DNA of 63,960 nt, counting the filler, from Octopus bimaculoides (lineage: Eukaryota), in assembly GCF_001194135.2 (NCBI RefSeq). It is 9 parts of 9 records of this genome, joined end to end, with 100 filler letters (N's around TTAATTAATTAA, not from the genome) between each part and the next. Parts side by side here need not be neighbours in the genome. Positions count along the whole stretch, not along the records: positions 1 to 5,440 come from NC_068988.1; positions 5,541 to 21,466 come from NC_068986.1; 7 more parts are not named here. One strand, given 5' to 3'. The notes under the pieces were generated by a model. The model was not told the DNA's origin, did not search any database, and worked only from the letters and a program-made list of their open reading frames with translations. Both the position numbers and the translations under genes were made by a program. Shown here one piece after another: positions 1-11,433 of this stretch; the stretch's first letter is position 1; the number at the start of each line of letters is the position of its first letter.

Positions 1-11
1 TTCTAATTATT

Positions 12-290
12 TATAATATAATATAGGATAAATTCTTTATAAGAATTTATCAAGTAGTCAGCGTGAAAAAAACCTCATAATGAAAAAAATTTCGTAATGA
101 AAAAAATTCATCATTTTTTCATAAATATAAATAATTTTATATAAAGGGCATTAACTGTGTAGTAATGCCTCACGCTTTGAGGGACTAAATAAGTCAAAAA
201 CTACCAAAAAATAAGCAACATATATGAGGTTTTTTTCACGCTGACTACTTGATAAATTCCTATAAAGAATTTATCCTATATTATATTATA
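12..290. mobile_element. Foldback/MITE-like element with ~68-bp inverted arms
   Basis: 12-79 (TATAATATAATATAGGATAAATTC...AAACCTCATA) is the reverse complement of 223-290 with 1 mismatch; non-coding AT-rich spacer. Confidence 0.85.
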
Positions 291-315
291 TATATAGATT
301 ATTAACGTGGCTAAT

Positions 316-833
316 GTTAGTAAGCACCAGCATTGCTAGAAATAAGAGTCAACACAACGCTTAGGCATGTGAGTGCACTTTTCTAATGGCTGAGATGGAG
401 TCATATCAGTGCTGATTTCAGATTTAATCAGTCTTCATCAGTGACCTATTATTCCATCACTGAGCATTAGAGAACATAAGTCCCCTTGTCAGCCTCATAG
501 AGAACACCATAGAAAGCATCGAATCATTTCTAAAATGGTGAAGTGAGAATTATGAATTATTAAGGTTGCTATTTGCAATTTAGAAGCAATAGGCAAAATG
601 TATAGCCATCATTAAAATGAGACTGACAAGGTGACTTAAGTTCTCTAACCCTCAGTGATGGAGTAATGGGTCACTGATGAAGATTGATTAAATCTGAAAT
701 TAGTGCTGATATGACTCCATCTCGCTTGTCATAGGGAGGGTGCCTGCCTCCTTTGTCAGCTATTAGAAAAGTGTGCTTACATGGCTAAGAGTTGTTTTGG
801 CTCTTATTTCTAGCAATGCTGGTGCTTACTAAC
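316..833. mobile_element. Foldback element with ~180-bp inverted arms
   Basis: 316-497 (GTTAGTAAGCACCAGCATTGCTAG...) pairs with 618-833 (...CTAGCAATGCTGGTGCTTACTAAC); the right arm has an extra ~33-bp segment. Confidence 0.9.
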
Positions 834-867
834 ACCCTCTGTCACTTTAATAATGACTATACTTTTT

Positions 868-900
<33 letters not shown>

Positions 901-903
<3 letters not shown>

Positions 904-1012
904 GGTTTCACATAGTTTCTGTCAACCAAATTCACTCACAAAGCTATACAGTAGAAGACACCTGCTCAAGGTGCTGCACAGTGGGACTGAACTCATAGAG
1001 TGTGGTTGTGAA
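901..1012 (-). mobile_element. tRNA-derived SINE head fragment next to (CA)n
   Basis: Reverse complement resembles the GGTTCAGTCCCACTG...CACCTTGGGCAAGTGTCTTCTACT head seen at 26180 and 43895. Confidence 0.7.
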
Positions 1013-1393
1013 GCCAAAAAAAAGTCTACAAGTCAATTAAGTAACAAGGTTACATTATGTAACAAGAAACAGAATCAGGGAAATTTTGAATGATAGAGTA
1101 CCAAATAAAACATTATTTTTCATGAACTCATTTCATTTTAATTGTTTTTCAGTAATTACTTTCATTAAACTCCCTCAGGAATAGACTTTGCGTTTCACTA
1201 GTTTGGGATCAATAAAAGAGTTATTAGTTATGAGCAGAGTTGATTCAATTGACTGCATCTGCCTGCTACAAATGTATGCCATGCTGGTGTTCTCATTTAG
1301 ATTTTACAGATGAGTTCATTTAATCAATAACATTATGGTTTCGCAGAAGTAAAAGGTTTGCAAATAAATTAGGTGTAATAAGTNNNNNNNNNN

Positions 1394-2356
1394 TCGATAG
1401 AGTGTAAGTACCTTGAGAGAAAAGTTGGACCTAAGAAGCATCACTTCTGGTGTGCAAAAGAGACGATTGCGTTGGTATGGTCATTTGGCGAGAATGGATG
1501 AGAATAGCTGTGTGAAAAAGTGCCACAGCCTAGCGGTTGAGGGTACCTGTGGAAGAGGTAGACCCAGGAAGACATGGGAAGAGGTGGTGAAGCACAACCT
1601 TCGAAAATTAGGCCTCACCGAGGCAATGACTAGTGACCAAGACATTTGGAAATATGCTGTGCATGAGAAGACCTGGCAAGACAAGTGAGACCATAACCTG
1701 TGGCCTTTACCAGGGGTGTAACCAGCCCACTTATGCGTACCTTTCCTTCGTTGGACACAAAACCCTGCTTGCAAAGACCTGTTGAGGCAAGTGAAATCGA
1801 AATCGAAATTGAACCAAATTCGAGGACTGGCACCCATGCCAACCTTCCTTCATTGGACACTAAACTCAGCTTGCAAAGACCTGTTGGGGCAAGTGGGATC
1901 GACCGAAACTGAACCAAATTTGATGACTGGCACCCGTGCCAGTGGGGCGTTAGCAGCACCATCCGAGCGGGATCACTGCCAGAGCAGTGGTCTCGCTTCC
2001 GTGCCAGTGGCTCGTAAAAAGCACCATTTGAGCACAATCGTTTCCAGCTCTGCCTTACTGCCACTTGTGCCAGTAGCATGTGAACAAAACACTGGACTGA
2101 TTCCTGTGCAGGTGGCACGTAAAAATCACCATTTGAGTGTGGCCGTTGCCAGTACCACCGGACTGGCCCCCATGCCGGTGGCACGTAAAAAGCACCCACT
2201 ACACTCTCGGAGTGGTTGGCGTTAGGAAGAGCATCCAGTTGTAGAAACTCTGCCAGATAAGATTAGAGTCTGGTGTAGCCATCTGGTTTGCCAGTCCCCA
2301 GTCAAATCGTCCAACCCATGCTAGCATGGAAGGCGGACGTTAAATGATGATGATGA
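1394..2356 (+). mobile_element. RTE-clade LINE, 3' fragment (ORF C-terminus, 3' UTR, (GAT)n tail)
   Basis: ORF remnant followed by a repeat-containing UTR ending GGACGTTAAATGATGATGATGAT; the same tail recurs many times in the window. Confidence 0.9.
1413..1688 (+). pseudogene. C-terminal remnant of RTE reverse transcriptase ORF
   Basis: RRLRWYGHLARM...GRGRPRKTWEEVV is the characteristic RTE C-terminal motif. Confidence 0.88.
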
Positions 2357-2392
2357 TATATACACACACACACACACATTATAAGTCATATT

Positions 2393-2458
2393 TGATTGAA
2401 AATTTCCATGTTAACCTCCCTCACAATTCTTTATATATTGCTAATAATAATATACTTT
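2393..2458 (+). repeat. Short dispersed repeat (second copy at 5330-5394)
   Basis: TGATTGAAAAT..CATGTTAACCTCCCTCACAA..CT.TATA.A...CTAATAATAAT.TACTTT is shared by both copies. Confidence 0.65.
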
Positions 2459-3142
2459 TATATATAATAATCAGTGGTGTAGAGTCGGGACTTGCTAGTC
2501 ATGCACAGCATGTCCGTTGATTTTTATATAACTCAAAAATCAATTTAAGAATGCAATGTATTTATAACCACATTGAAAAGTTGTCCAAATCATTGGAAAC
2601 TGAGCTGAAATAGTAACTTTGTTTCAAAGGAAACCCATCCAGATTGATACTTTGCTGTGTTTCCATTTTGCTTCCACTAGGCATGCTTAAAGAAAAACAC
2701 GTATGAAATCTTTTGTTCCCCATCATCTTATCTTCCAATAACTATCATTTCATTGCCTGTAAGATTCTTTTTTTATCAGAAAATCTCATGTTTTGGCTTG
2801 CCTTCCCTTTCTATCAGTTCTTTGTCAACAATTATTTGTAATTGATGTCGCTAATATGACAGGCTAAATGGTTGAATAGATTTGACTTTTTGACCTGTAA
2901 AAATTCTGACCAAAACATCAACAATCCCATAATTCTTAATTAGCTCAAATGTTGCCATGTCTTTGGAATATCTATTTCGCTGTGTCTAGTAAGTTTTGAA
3001 ATTATTATCATTAACCATCCTCTCTGTGTTGATCAAAAAAATTCTGAAGTCAGAAATATAATACAGCTAATTTATCTTTTTGTTGATTTACCAAAATTAT
3101 CTTTCCGTTTTGTTGAAACTGATTTACGATTCACAAATGCAA

Positions 3143-3323
3143 TAAAATGAGGTATACTGTGACAAAGTGAAATTAAAGTGTTCGTTGTTTTATTTTTTTT
3201 ACAACCAAAAGTGTTTTTTTCTACAAAATGAAACTTGAAAGTTACAAAAAATATGAGTACAGAAATAACTCAAATCTCCAACAAACTCTTTTTTACAACT
3301 TTGTCACAGTACACCTCATTTTA
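3143..3323. mobile_element. Small MITE-like element with 26-bp TIRs
   Basis: TAAAATGAGGTATACTGTGACAAAGT (3143-3168) vs ACTTTGTCACAGTACACCTCATTTTA (3298-3323), 1 mismatch. Confidence 0.7.
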
Positions 3324-3555
3324 CTGTGAGAAATTTCTCTGAGAGAAATCTTTGCAAAAAGGTGAGTAGATTGATTACATATTCTTTCATTATTTTATTG
3401 CAGTTTTTTATGCTCAACAAATTCCTGTGAGATTTGGCTATTATTTCTAGCATATGGATAGCCTGCTTGAAGGTTATAGAATCGGGAGGGGGGTTGGGGT
3501 AATTTTTTTTTTTTTGGAAAAATTGAAATTTTACAAACAATATTTTTTCAGAATC

Positions 3556-4057
3556 ATGACTTGGACCCTTGCCAGTGGAGCGCTAACAGCACCATCTGAG
3601 TGGGATCACTGCCAGAGCAGCAGTTTCACTTCCGTGCCGGTGGCATGTAAAACGCACCATTTGAGCGTGATCGTTTCCAGCTTCGCCTTACTGGCACTCA
3701 TGCTGGTGGCATGTGAACAAAACATTGGACTGACTCCTGTGCAAGTGGCACGTAAAAAAACACCATTTGAGCGTGGCCGTTGCCAGTACCGCTGGACTGG
3801 CCCTCGTGCCAGTGGCACGTAAAAAGCACCATTTGAGTGTGGCCGTTGCCAGTACCACCAGACTAGCCCCCATGCCAGTGGCACGTAAAAAGCACCCACT
3901 ACACTCTTGGAGTGGTTGGCGTTAGGAAGGGTATCCAGCTGTAGAAACTCTGCCAGATCAGATTGGAGTCTGGTGTAACCATCTGGTTCGCCAGTCCCCA
4001 GTCAAATAGTCCAACCTATGCTAGTATGGAAAGCAGACGTTAAATGATGATGATGAT
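3556..4057 (+). mobile_element. RTE LINE 3' UTR, 5'-truncated
   Basis: Colinear with ~1923-2356, with one extra ~66-bp internal unit and a (GAT)n tail. Confidence 0.9.
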
Positions 4058-4676
4058 ATCCATATTTTTTAATGTATTTCCTCAGCAAAAATTCTGAAAA
4101 ATTCGAAAAACAAAGATTTTTGCCAATTTTTTTTTTCAGAATCGGAATTTCCATAGCCAAAAACGTGGGTTTCCGTAAAAGATGAATTTTTTAAAGGGGG
4201 TGGGGGNNNNNNNNNNNNNNNNNNNNNNNNNNNNNNNNNNNNNNNNNNNNNNNNNNNNNNNNNNNNNNNNNNNNNNNNNNNNNNNNNNNNNNNNNNNNNN
4301 NNNNNNNNNNNNNNNNNNNNNNNNNNNNNNNNNNNNNNNNNNNNNNNNNNNNNNNNNNNNNNNNNNNNNNNNNNNNNNNNNNNNNNNNNNNNNNNNNNNN
4401 NNNNNNNNNNNNNNNNNNNNNNNNNNNNNNNNNNNNNNNNNNNNNNNNNNNNNNNNNNNNNNNNNNNNNNNNNNNNNNNNNNNNNNNNNNNNNNNNNNNN
4501 NNNNNNNNNNNNNNNNNNNNNNNNNNNNNNNNNNNNNNNNNNNNNNNNNNNNNNNNNNNNNNNNNNNNNNNNNNNNNNNNNNNNNNNNNNNNNNNNNNNN
4601 NNNNNNNNNNNNNNNNNNNNNNNNNNNNNNNNNNNNNNNNNNNNNNNNNNNNNNNNNNNNNNNNNNNNNNNNNNNN

Positions 4677-4735
<59 letters not shown>

Positions 4736-4860
4736 CAAGTAAAGGTAATAAACTTCATTAAGGGATTATAAATCCAATGAAAATACTGGTTAGTTACCAA
4801 TCTATAGAAAGTACAACTATAGGGTAACCATATAAATCATTATTCATGTATTTATATATT

Positions 4861-5105
4861 TAAAGAATAAGGGAAAAATGAAGAAGTAATTAATAATATT
4901 ATTTAGTAATTATAAAATATGACAGCATTTGACAGCTGTTTTGATTCAGAAATCTTTAGATAATTAATTTTGACTTCAATTTTAATTTTATAAATGAATT
5001 ATCTAGAGATTTCTGAATCGAAACAGCTGTCAGAGATGTTGTCATTTTATAATTAATATATAAATAATTTTATTAATTACCTCTCCATTTTCTCCTTATT
5101 CTTTA
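4861..5105. mobile_element. Foldback/MITE-like element with ~105-bp degenerate arms
   Basis: TAAAGAATAAGG...GACAGCTGTTTTTGATTCAGAAATCTTTAGATAATT pairs with AATTATCTAGAGATTTCTGAATCGAAACAGCTGTC...CCTTATTCTTTA. Confidence 0.8.
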
Positions 5106-5393
5106 TATATATAGTATCATAATGTATGCATAATACTCTGACTGTGATGTTAGCATTAAACTGTATGCCACGGCATTTAAGCGCAGAACTGGTTAGACAA
5201 TACTGCGGAGTATTCAGAACTAAGAAGATTTACAACTGTCAATTTTCTCTTCTAGCTGTAAGCATACATATGTACATACATGTTTTGTGTGTGTGCGTGC
5301 GCATGTATACACATACTATAAATAATGTATGATTGAAAATCTTCATGTTAACCTCCCTCACAACTCTATATAAATTCTAATAATAATGTACTT

Positions 5394-5428
<35 letters not shown>

Positions 5429-5484
5429 CTGTGCGTGAGANNNNNNNNNNNNNNNNNNNNNNNNNNNNNNNNNNNNNNNNNNNN

Positions 5485-5496
5485 TTAATTAATTAA
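5485..5496. other. Artificial assembly linker TTAATTAATTAA (also at 21511, 29800, 45571, 49833, 54882, 57511, 62773)
   Basis: Identical 12-mer with stops in all six frames, sitting in the middle of 100-bp N blocks (44 N + 12 + 44 N). Confidence 0.95.
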
Positions 5497-5602
5497 NNNN
5501 NNNNNNNNNNNNNNNNNNNNNNNNNNNNNNNNNNNNNNNNGAGGAAGAAAATGGAAAACAGGACAAGCAAACACACAGTTGTCCTCTCTGTCCCCTCATT
5601 CA

Positions 5603-5639
<37 letters not shown>

Positions 5640-6124
5640 TCTCTCTCGTTGCTCACACATGACCATCGTCCATCTCTCTTTTCCTCACGTGAACATCTTT
5701 CTTGTCTTGCACTGACGCTCAAAAGACTGGGCGTTTTTCTCCCACTTCTAGTCTTTTCTTTTGAAAGAAGATATTTCCCCCAACGTTCATTATTTTCCTG
5801 TCGTTCTGGTCTAAAGACCCTCCATGTTTGTCTTCGTTCGGTTTCCTTGTATTTCTTTACTGTCCTGTTTTTTTTTTCCTCCCAGCTTTGATCTTCTATA
5901 TATCCTAAATTTCGTTTTACAATTTACGGGAGCAACTGTCTTTGATGACTTATATTGTTCTTGAATGCTTGAAATGATGAGCAGATAGAAAGCTGATAAC
6001 TGATGAAGGGTCCTTTCTCTCGTGTTTACTTGTTCTGGTATCCATTATTTTCTCTCGTTTACGTATTTAACTTGTTTGTTTACGTATTTCATTTTGTGTT
6101 CAAGTTTGTGACGTCCTGTGCCCC

Positions 6125-6202
<78 letters not shown>

Positions 6203-7521
6203 TGTGTGCGTGTGTGTGTGTAATTTATTTTTATTATTATATGTATATGACTAAAACAAGCAGAGTATAACAAATAAAAGAAATACGTACATATATATAT
6301 GCGCGCGCGTGTGTGTGTGTGTACATATACACATATATTACACACACACACACACACATATGTATATAAACATATATGTATATATGGGAAGGAAAGAGGA
6401 TGTTTTAGAGAGAAGAAATATATAAACATGAATTAAATTTGTATGCATTCATATGGAGATACACACTTTCTATACTCTTTCTCTTCTTTACCCCGTCTTT
6501 CCCTCTCTCACTCTCTAGTACTCTCCCTCTCTCTGCTCCTCCGCTTTGCAGCATACTGTTTAGTCACAGAGCTGATCAGCTGCCCTGAGCATCTGTCAAC
6601 ATTGATCGATTTTGAAAAGTTGGTATTTCCACAATAAATGTCAGTTTGAATTTTAATTACGAACCGATGGTTGTACTAAAAAGAAAACCAGAAAATTATT
6701 TTCGTCTCAGCAAATACGCCATAAAGGAAATAAAATGAGGCAAGAAACAAAATTAAATAAAACTATATATACATATATATATATANNNNNNNNNNNNNNN
6801 NNNNNNNNNNNNNNNNNNNNNNNNNNNNNNNNNNNNNNNNNNNNNNNNNNNNNNNNNNNNNNNNNNNNNNNNNNNNNNNNNNNNNNNNNNNNNNNNNNNN
6901 NNNNNNNNNNNNNNNNNNNNNNNNNNNNNNNNNNNNNNNNNNNNNNNNNNNNNNNNNNNNNNNNNNNNNNNNNNNNNNNNNNNNNNNNNNNNNNNNNNNN
7001 NNNNNNNNNNNNNNNNNNNNNNNNNNNNNNNNNNNNNNNNNNNNNNNNNNNNNNNNNNNNNNNNNNNNNNNNNNNNNNNNNNNNNNNNNNNNNNNNNNNN
7101 NNNNNNNNNNNNNNNNNNNNNNNNNNNNNNNNNNNNNNNNNNNNNNNNNNNNNNNNNNNNNNNNNNNNNNNNNNNNNNNNNNNNNNNNNNNNNNNNNNNN
7201 NNNNNNNNNNNNNNNNNNNNNNNNNNNNNNNNNNNNNNNNNNNNNNNNNNNNNNNNNNNNNNNNNNNNNNNNNNNNNNNNNNNNNNNNNNNNNNNNNNNN
7301 NNNNNNNNNNNNNNNNNNNNNNNNNNNNNNNNNNNNNNNNNNNNNNNNNNNNNNNNNNNNNNNNNNNNNNNNNNNNNNNNNNNNNNNNNNNNNNNNNNNN
7401 NNNNNNNNNNNNNNNNNNNNNNNNNNNNNNNNNNNNNNNNNNNNNNNNNNNNNNNNNNNNNNNNNNNNNNNNNNNNNNNNNNNNNNNNNNNNNNNNNNNN
7501 NNNNNNNNNNNNNNNNNNNNN

Positions 7522-7642
7522 CACACATATGCACAAATACCTAGATGATGTTGATAAAAGTTCCAATGAAAGAGCCTTGAATCTATGTTAGAGTCCGGCT
7601 CTTTCTCTATGGACAAGAAATACAGAAATGAAACTGATTGAT
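7522..7642 (+). mobile_element. R4/Dong-like non-LTR retrotransposon 3' UTR (copy 1)
   Basis: Homologous to the UTR at ~8015-8095 and followed by (ATAC)n. Confidence 0.7.
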
Positions 7643-7697
7643 AACATACATACGTACATACATATGTACATACATACATACATACATACATACATAC

Positions 7698-8095
7698 AGC
7701 TGAAGATCATTGAAGAAGAGAATACCTACGCTGAACTATTGAGAAATCTACAGTTACACTATCCAGATTACAAGTTCATCTTTATATCTGTAAATATCGG
7801 GGCCATGGGATATGTAACATACTGCCTAAATAAGCTTCTACGAATTTAGGCTTCTCAAAACCAGAAAAGTGAAAGTTTATTCGAAGACTACAGAGCCAAT
7901 CCTTTACTGGAACTGTAAATTCTATAAAACTTTCCAGAAGGCCTGCATAAAACAAAACACACAAATCCGCACGTATATATACACACATACAAAAATATAC
8001 TGTTGTTCATATTGTCCAGTGAAGGAGCCTTGAATCTAAGTTAGAAACCGACTCTTCCTCTATTGACAAGAATTCTTGAAATAAAATTGATTAAT
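7698..8095 (+). mobile_element. R4/Dong-like retrotransposon 3' fragment (copy 2)
   Basis: Translates to LKIIEEENTYAELLRNLQLHYPDYKFIF...GAMGYV...GFSKPE, an RLE C-terminus; flanked by (ATAC)n. Confidence 0.8.
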
Positions 8096-8154
8096 GGCAT
8101 GTATACTTGCATACAAACATACATACATACATACATACATACATACATACATAC

Positions 8155-9581
8155 AGTCTCCCAAACACTAAACTTGTGCATCAATGGTCTTTCGATCTCT
8201 CCCATTCTGCACAAAGAATGTTACAAGTTCTTAGGCATAGACGAAAATGTATCATATGAAGGCATTGTGAATAAAGATAGTGTGACCCCAGAATATTACA
8301 CCTGACTTAGGGAAAATATAGCAGTTGGAACTCTCCTTTTACAACAAAACAATATCCCTGAATGCATATGCAGTACCATAGCTGTTCCCAACTTTTGGGA
8401 TATTTGATTGGTCTGTTGAGGAAATCCACTCCATAGATATTAAGACCCGCAAATTCCTGACAACTAGGAACTTCCACACAAACAGTGATGTTGATAGGCT
8501 CTACCTCTGCAGAAATGAAGGTGGTAGAGGCCTAAGATCAGTGCAGATGGCCTTCGATGGTATCACTGAGACAGCACCATTAAACAACAGCAGCAAAAAT
8601 AAATATATTAATGCAGCCCTGAAACATGAAGTGAGCAGCGTTCTACGAGTTGGCAGTAAACCTCTTAACAAACACTCTCTTCCTGATAATCTCCTATACA
8701 GCCCCAACATAAATGGACTCTCTTATCTCAGAGAAGACCTGGCTGATCATGTTGCCCGGAAGCACGAAGAAGACAATATAATTGATACGAAGCGCAGCAT
8801 CTCTTGGACACAAGACCACTACATCACATCACACTTTGAAAGATATTCGTTTGCAATCCAGGAACAGCAAATTACCACAAAGTATCTGGTGAACGAGAGA
8901 GTCAGTAACGCTCTTGTAATCCCAAGATGCAACCATATGTGTAGGTTATGTCATGTTTCATGTGGGCTATGTCATGTGATTAACACTTGTCCTGAAATGT
9001 CGGGCGGCACGATGTTGCGACTAAAACAATTTACGATGCTATCCGCAAAAATTATTGTCTTGAAAGAAACTTAGAATATCCCCCTGTTATGGAATACATT
9101 CATAAACACGCGCAAAACTTCGGTCAAATATAAGCATAGCAGGCCGGATATTGTTGTTCTGGATAGAGGGGAAAAGGTATTACCATCATAGAAGTTAGCT
9201 GCATTGCAGATATATATATCTCTTTGAGATTCAAAGAAAAAGAAGATATCTATGGACAACCGCTTCGAAACATCCAGCTTCCATAGCAAGACTATCAATT
9301 CATATTCATGCCAATAATAATTGGAGCACTAAGTTTTATTAGTAAATGCTTAAAGGAAAATCTGGATAAACTGGGATTTTCAGAAAAAGAGATCGACCGG
9401 CTGATTCGTATATTACAAGTGCAATCTGTGATTGGGACATTAAAAATATATAAGACGTTTCTCAAGTTCGAAATATGAATGTGTCTGTGTTAACTACATC
9501 CCAAAGATAGAGCCTTTCATCTTTATTGGAAACAGGCTCCCTCCTCAGTGGAAGATTTATAACAATTAAAAAATAGAAGAG
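8155..9581 (+). mobile_element. R4/Dong-like retrotransposon, decayed RT thumb + zinc knuckle + restriction-like endonuclease (copy 3)
   Basis: CYKFLG, DRLYL..GGRGL, AIQEQQITT, CRLC..HVINTCP, HSRPDIVVLD..IIEVSC..D, GFSEKE..LQVQSVIG; several frameshifts and stops. Confidence 0.85.
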
Positions 9582-9610
9582 ACATACATACATACATACA
9601 TACATACATA

Positions 9611-9822
9611 AGCTTGGATTTTCAGAAAAAAGAAATCAGGCTACTGACACGCACATTACAGATACAATCTCTATGCTGAACAGTAAAACTATGCAAGACT
9701 TCTCTCAGGTCTAAAATGTGACGTTGTTTCCATATCTTCAATCCAACGATATAGCTTTGTATTTTTGTTAGAGCCAGTTTCTTCTCCGAAGGAAGATTTG
9801 AAACGATTGAATGCAGAAGAGA
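9611..9822 (+). mobile_element. R4/Dong-like retrotransposon 3' fragment (copy 4)
   Basis: LGFSEKEIRLLTRTLQIQS.. plus a UTR similar to copy 3; flanked by (ATAC)n. Confidence 0.75.
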
Positions 9823-10181
9823 ACATACATACATACATACATACATACATACATAAATACATACATATATACATACATACATAATACATAAATACATACA
9901 TATATACATACATGCACACAACACACATACACAAACACACACACACACACACACATACACATACAGACACACCCATAAATATACAAAGAAACATACATAC
10001 TTACCAATCACATTACAATTCCAGTGCCGCTGGAATAGTAATATAATATGAGGAAAATTGGAATAGTGTGATTTCATAAAGGTTAAATACCATTGAATAC
10101 AAGCTGGTTACCAACACTACAGACATACGATTTTCAATACAGAGAGAGCGCAAAACATGATTTTTATCAAGAATAAAATGT

Positions 10182-10511
10182 TTTGAATAGTGCACCAATG
10201 CACTATAATACAAATAATGTGCTATATACTTGTTGTAATTAAACCATCCATAGTCTGATGATATTTCGGAATAGAATTCCTTCCTCAGATATCCCTAGGA
10301 ATTGATGGAGTCGCTGCTATAATATATATTATGTTATATTATATTATATATCATTATATATTATGCTATATTATAGCTGCGTCTCCATCAATTCTTAGGG
10401 ATATATGAGGAAGGAATTTTATTCCGAAATATCATCAGACTATGGATGGTTAAATTACGATGGGTATATAGTCCATTGTTTGTATTATAGTGCATTGTTG
10501 TACCATTCAAA
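10182..10511. mobile_element. Foldback element, ~145-bp arms around an AT-rich loop
   Basis: ...CCATCCATAGTCTGATGATATTTCGGAATA... pairs with ...TATTCCGAAATATCATCAGACTATGGATGG... Confidence 0.9.
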
Positions 10512-10739
10512 TAGTATTATTATTTACAAACAATATACATTGCTTCAAGCGAACTACAATACTCTCATAATTTTTATCAGGCAAGTAATATATCACCTTC
10601 CAAATTCTGCAGTATTATGTGTGAAAGCAAAAGCAACATATTAGCTGTTGTAAAATCGATGAAAGAAACCTGGAATTAGCGAATGATTTCTGCTTTTTAT
10701 GAGCAGTTAAGCTGTTATGACAGGTCAAATGTGACGAGC

Positions 10740-10895
10740 AGTCAGGATCGTTAGCAGGCCGGACAGAATTCTTAGCGCCATTTCTTCCAATTATGTTCTA
10801 AGTTCAAATACTGTCAAGGTCGAGTTTGCATTGCACCCCGAGGAATCGATAAAATAAGCACCAGTAGAGTACTGGGGTTGTCGTAATCTGCTAAA
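10740..10895 (+). mobile_element. Degenerate tRNA-derived SINE (family of 30440-30660)
   Basis: ATCGTTAGCA...GTTCAAAT...GGTCGAGTTTGC...TCGATAAAATAAGCACCAG. Confidence 0.65.
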
Positions 10896-11128
10896 CACTC
10901 TTGCAAAATTTCAGGACATTCCCATAGAAGAAAGGATTAGGGAAAATGTCCTTCTTGATCTTAGAAAGACACATATTCTTAGTCATCTGGATTGTGTGTT
11001 GCTAACAATCATTTTTGTATCATAATACAACGGTCATTAATAAATAGAAGATAATTCAAATTACCTACAGGAAGATCATTTGTATGTATATGAATACATA
11101 TCGATAGATATATCTGTATATATATATA

Positions 11129-11160
<32 letters not shown>

Positions 11161-11212
11161 TGATAGTAACGGCAAGACATTATGTAAATATAATATGTGA
11201 TAATTATTCGGC

Positions 11213-11284
11213 ACCCACGATAAAAAGTCCGCCTTTCGGACGTCGGGGTGGAAACCCACACCGGCATCTCTTCAGTAATCGGGT
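11213..11284 (-). ncRNA. Type I hammerhead-ribozyme-like motif
   Basis: Minus strand: GATTA-CTGAAGA-GATGCCGGTGTGGGTTTCCACCCCGACGTCC-GAAA-GGCGGAC-TT-TTTATCG; core boxes intact, long helix II, imperfect helices I and III. Confidence 0.55.
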
Positions 11285-11368
11285 CATCAAAAAATGCTAT
11301 GAAAATGACCGTTAAACAAAGGGAAATTACTATGAGATAGATAGAGATAGAGATAGATATTTAGATAA

Positions 11369-11369
<1 letters not shown>

Positions 11370-11433
<64 letters not shown>
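11370..11433. repeat. (GATA)n microsatellite
   Basis: Pure tetranucleotide run. Confidence 0.95.

Noticed and set aside
1990-2200. Regularly spaced repeats as a CRISPR-like array
   Set aside because: Inter-repeat sequences are homologous between copies, the context is a eukaryotic LINE UTR, and no cas genes are present
1630-2225. ORFs of 147-189 aa with internal repeats (also 3454-3899)
   Set aside because: They lie in the GC-richer repeated RTE 3' UTR and are not conserved in frame between copies
10254-10290. CTGATGA-TATT-TCGG-AATA-GAAT hammerhead look-alike
   Set aside because: No GAAA box or helix III, and the mirror arm does not conserve it
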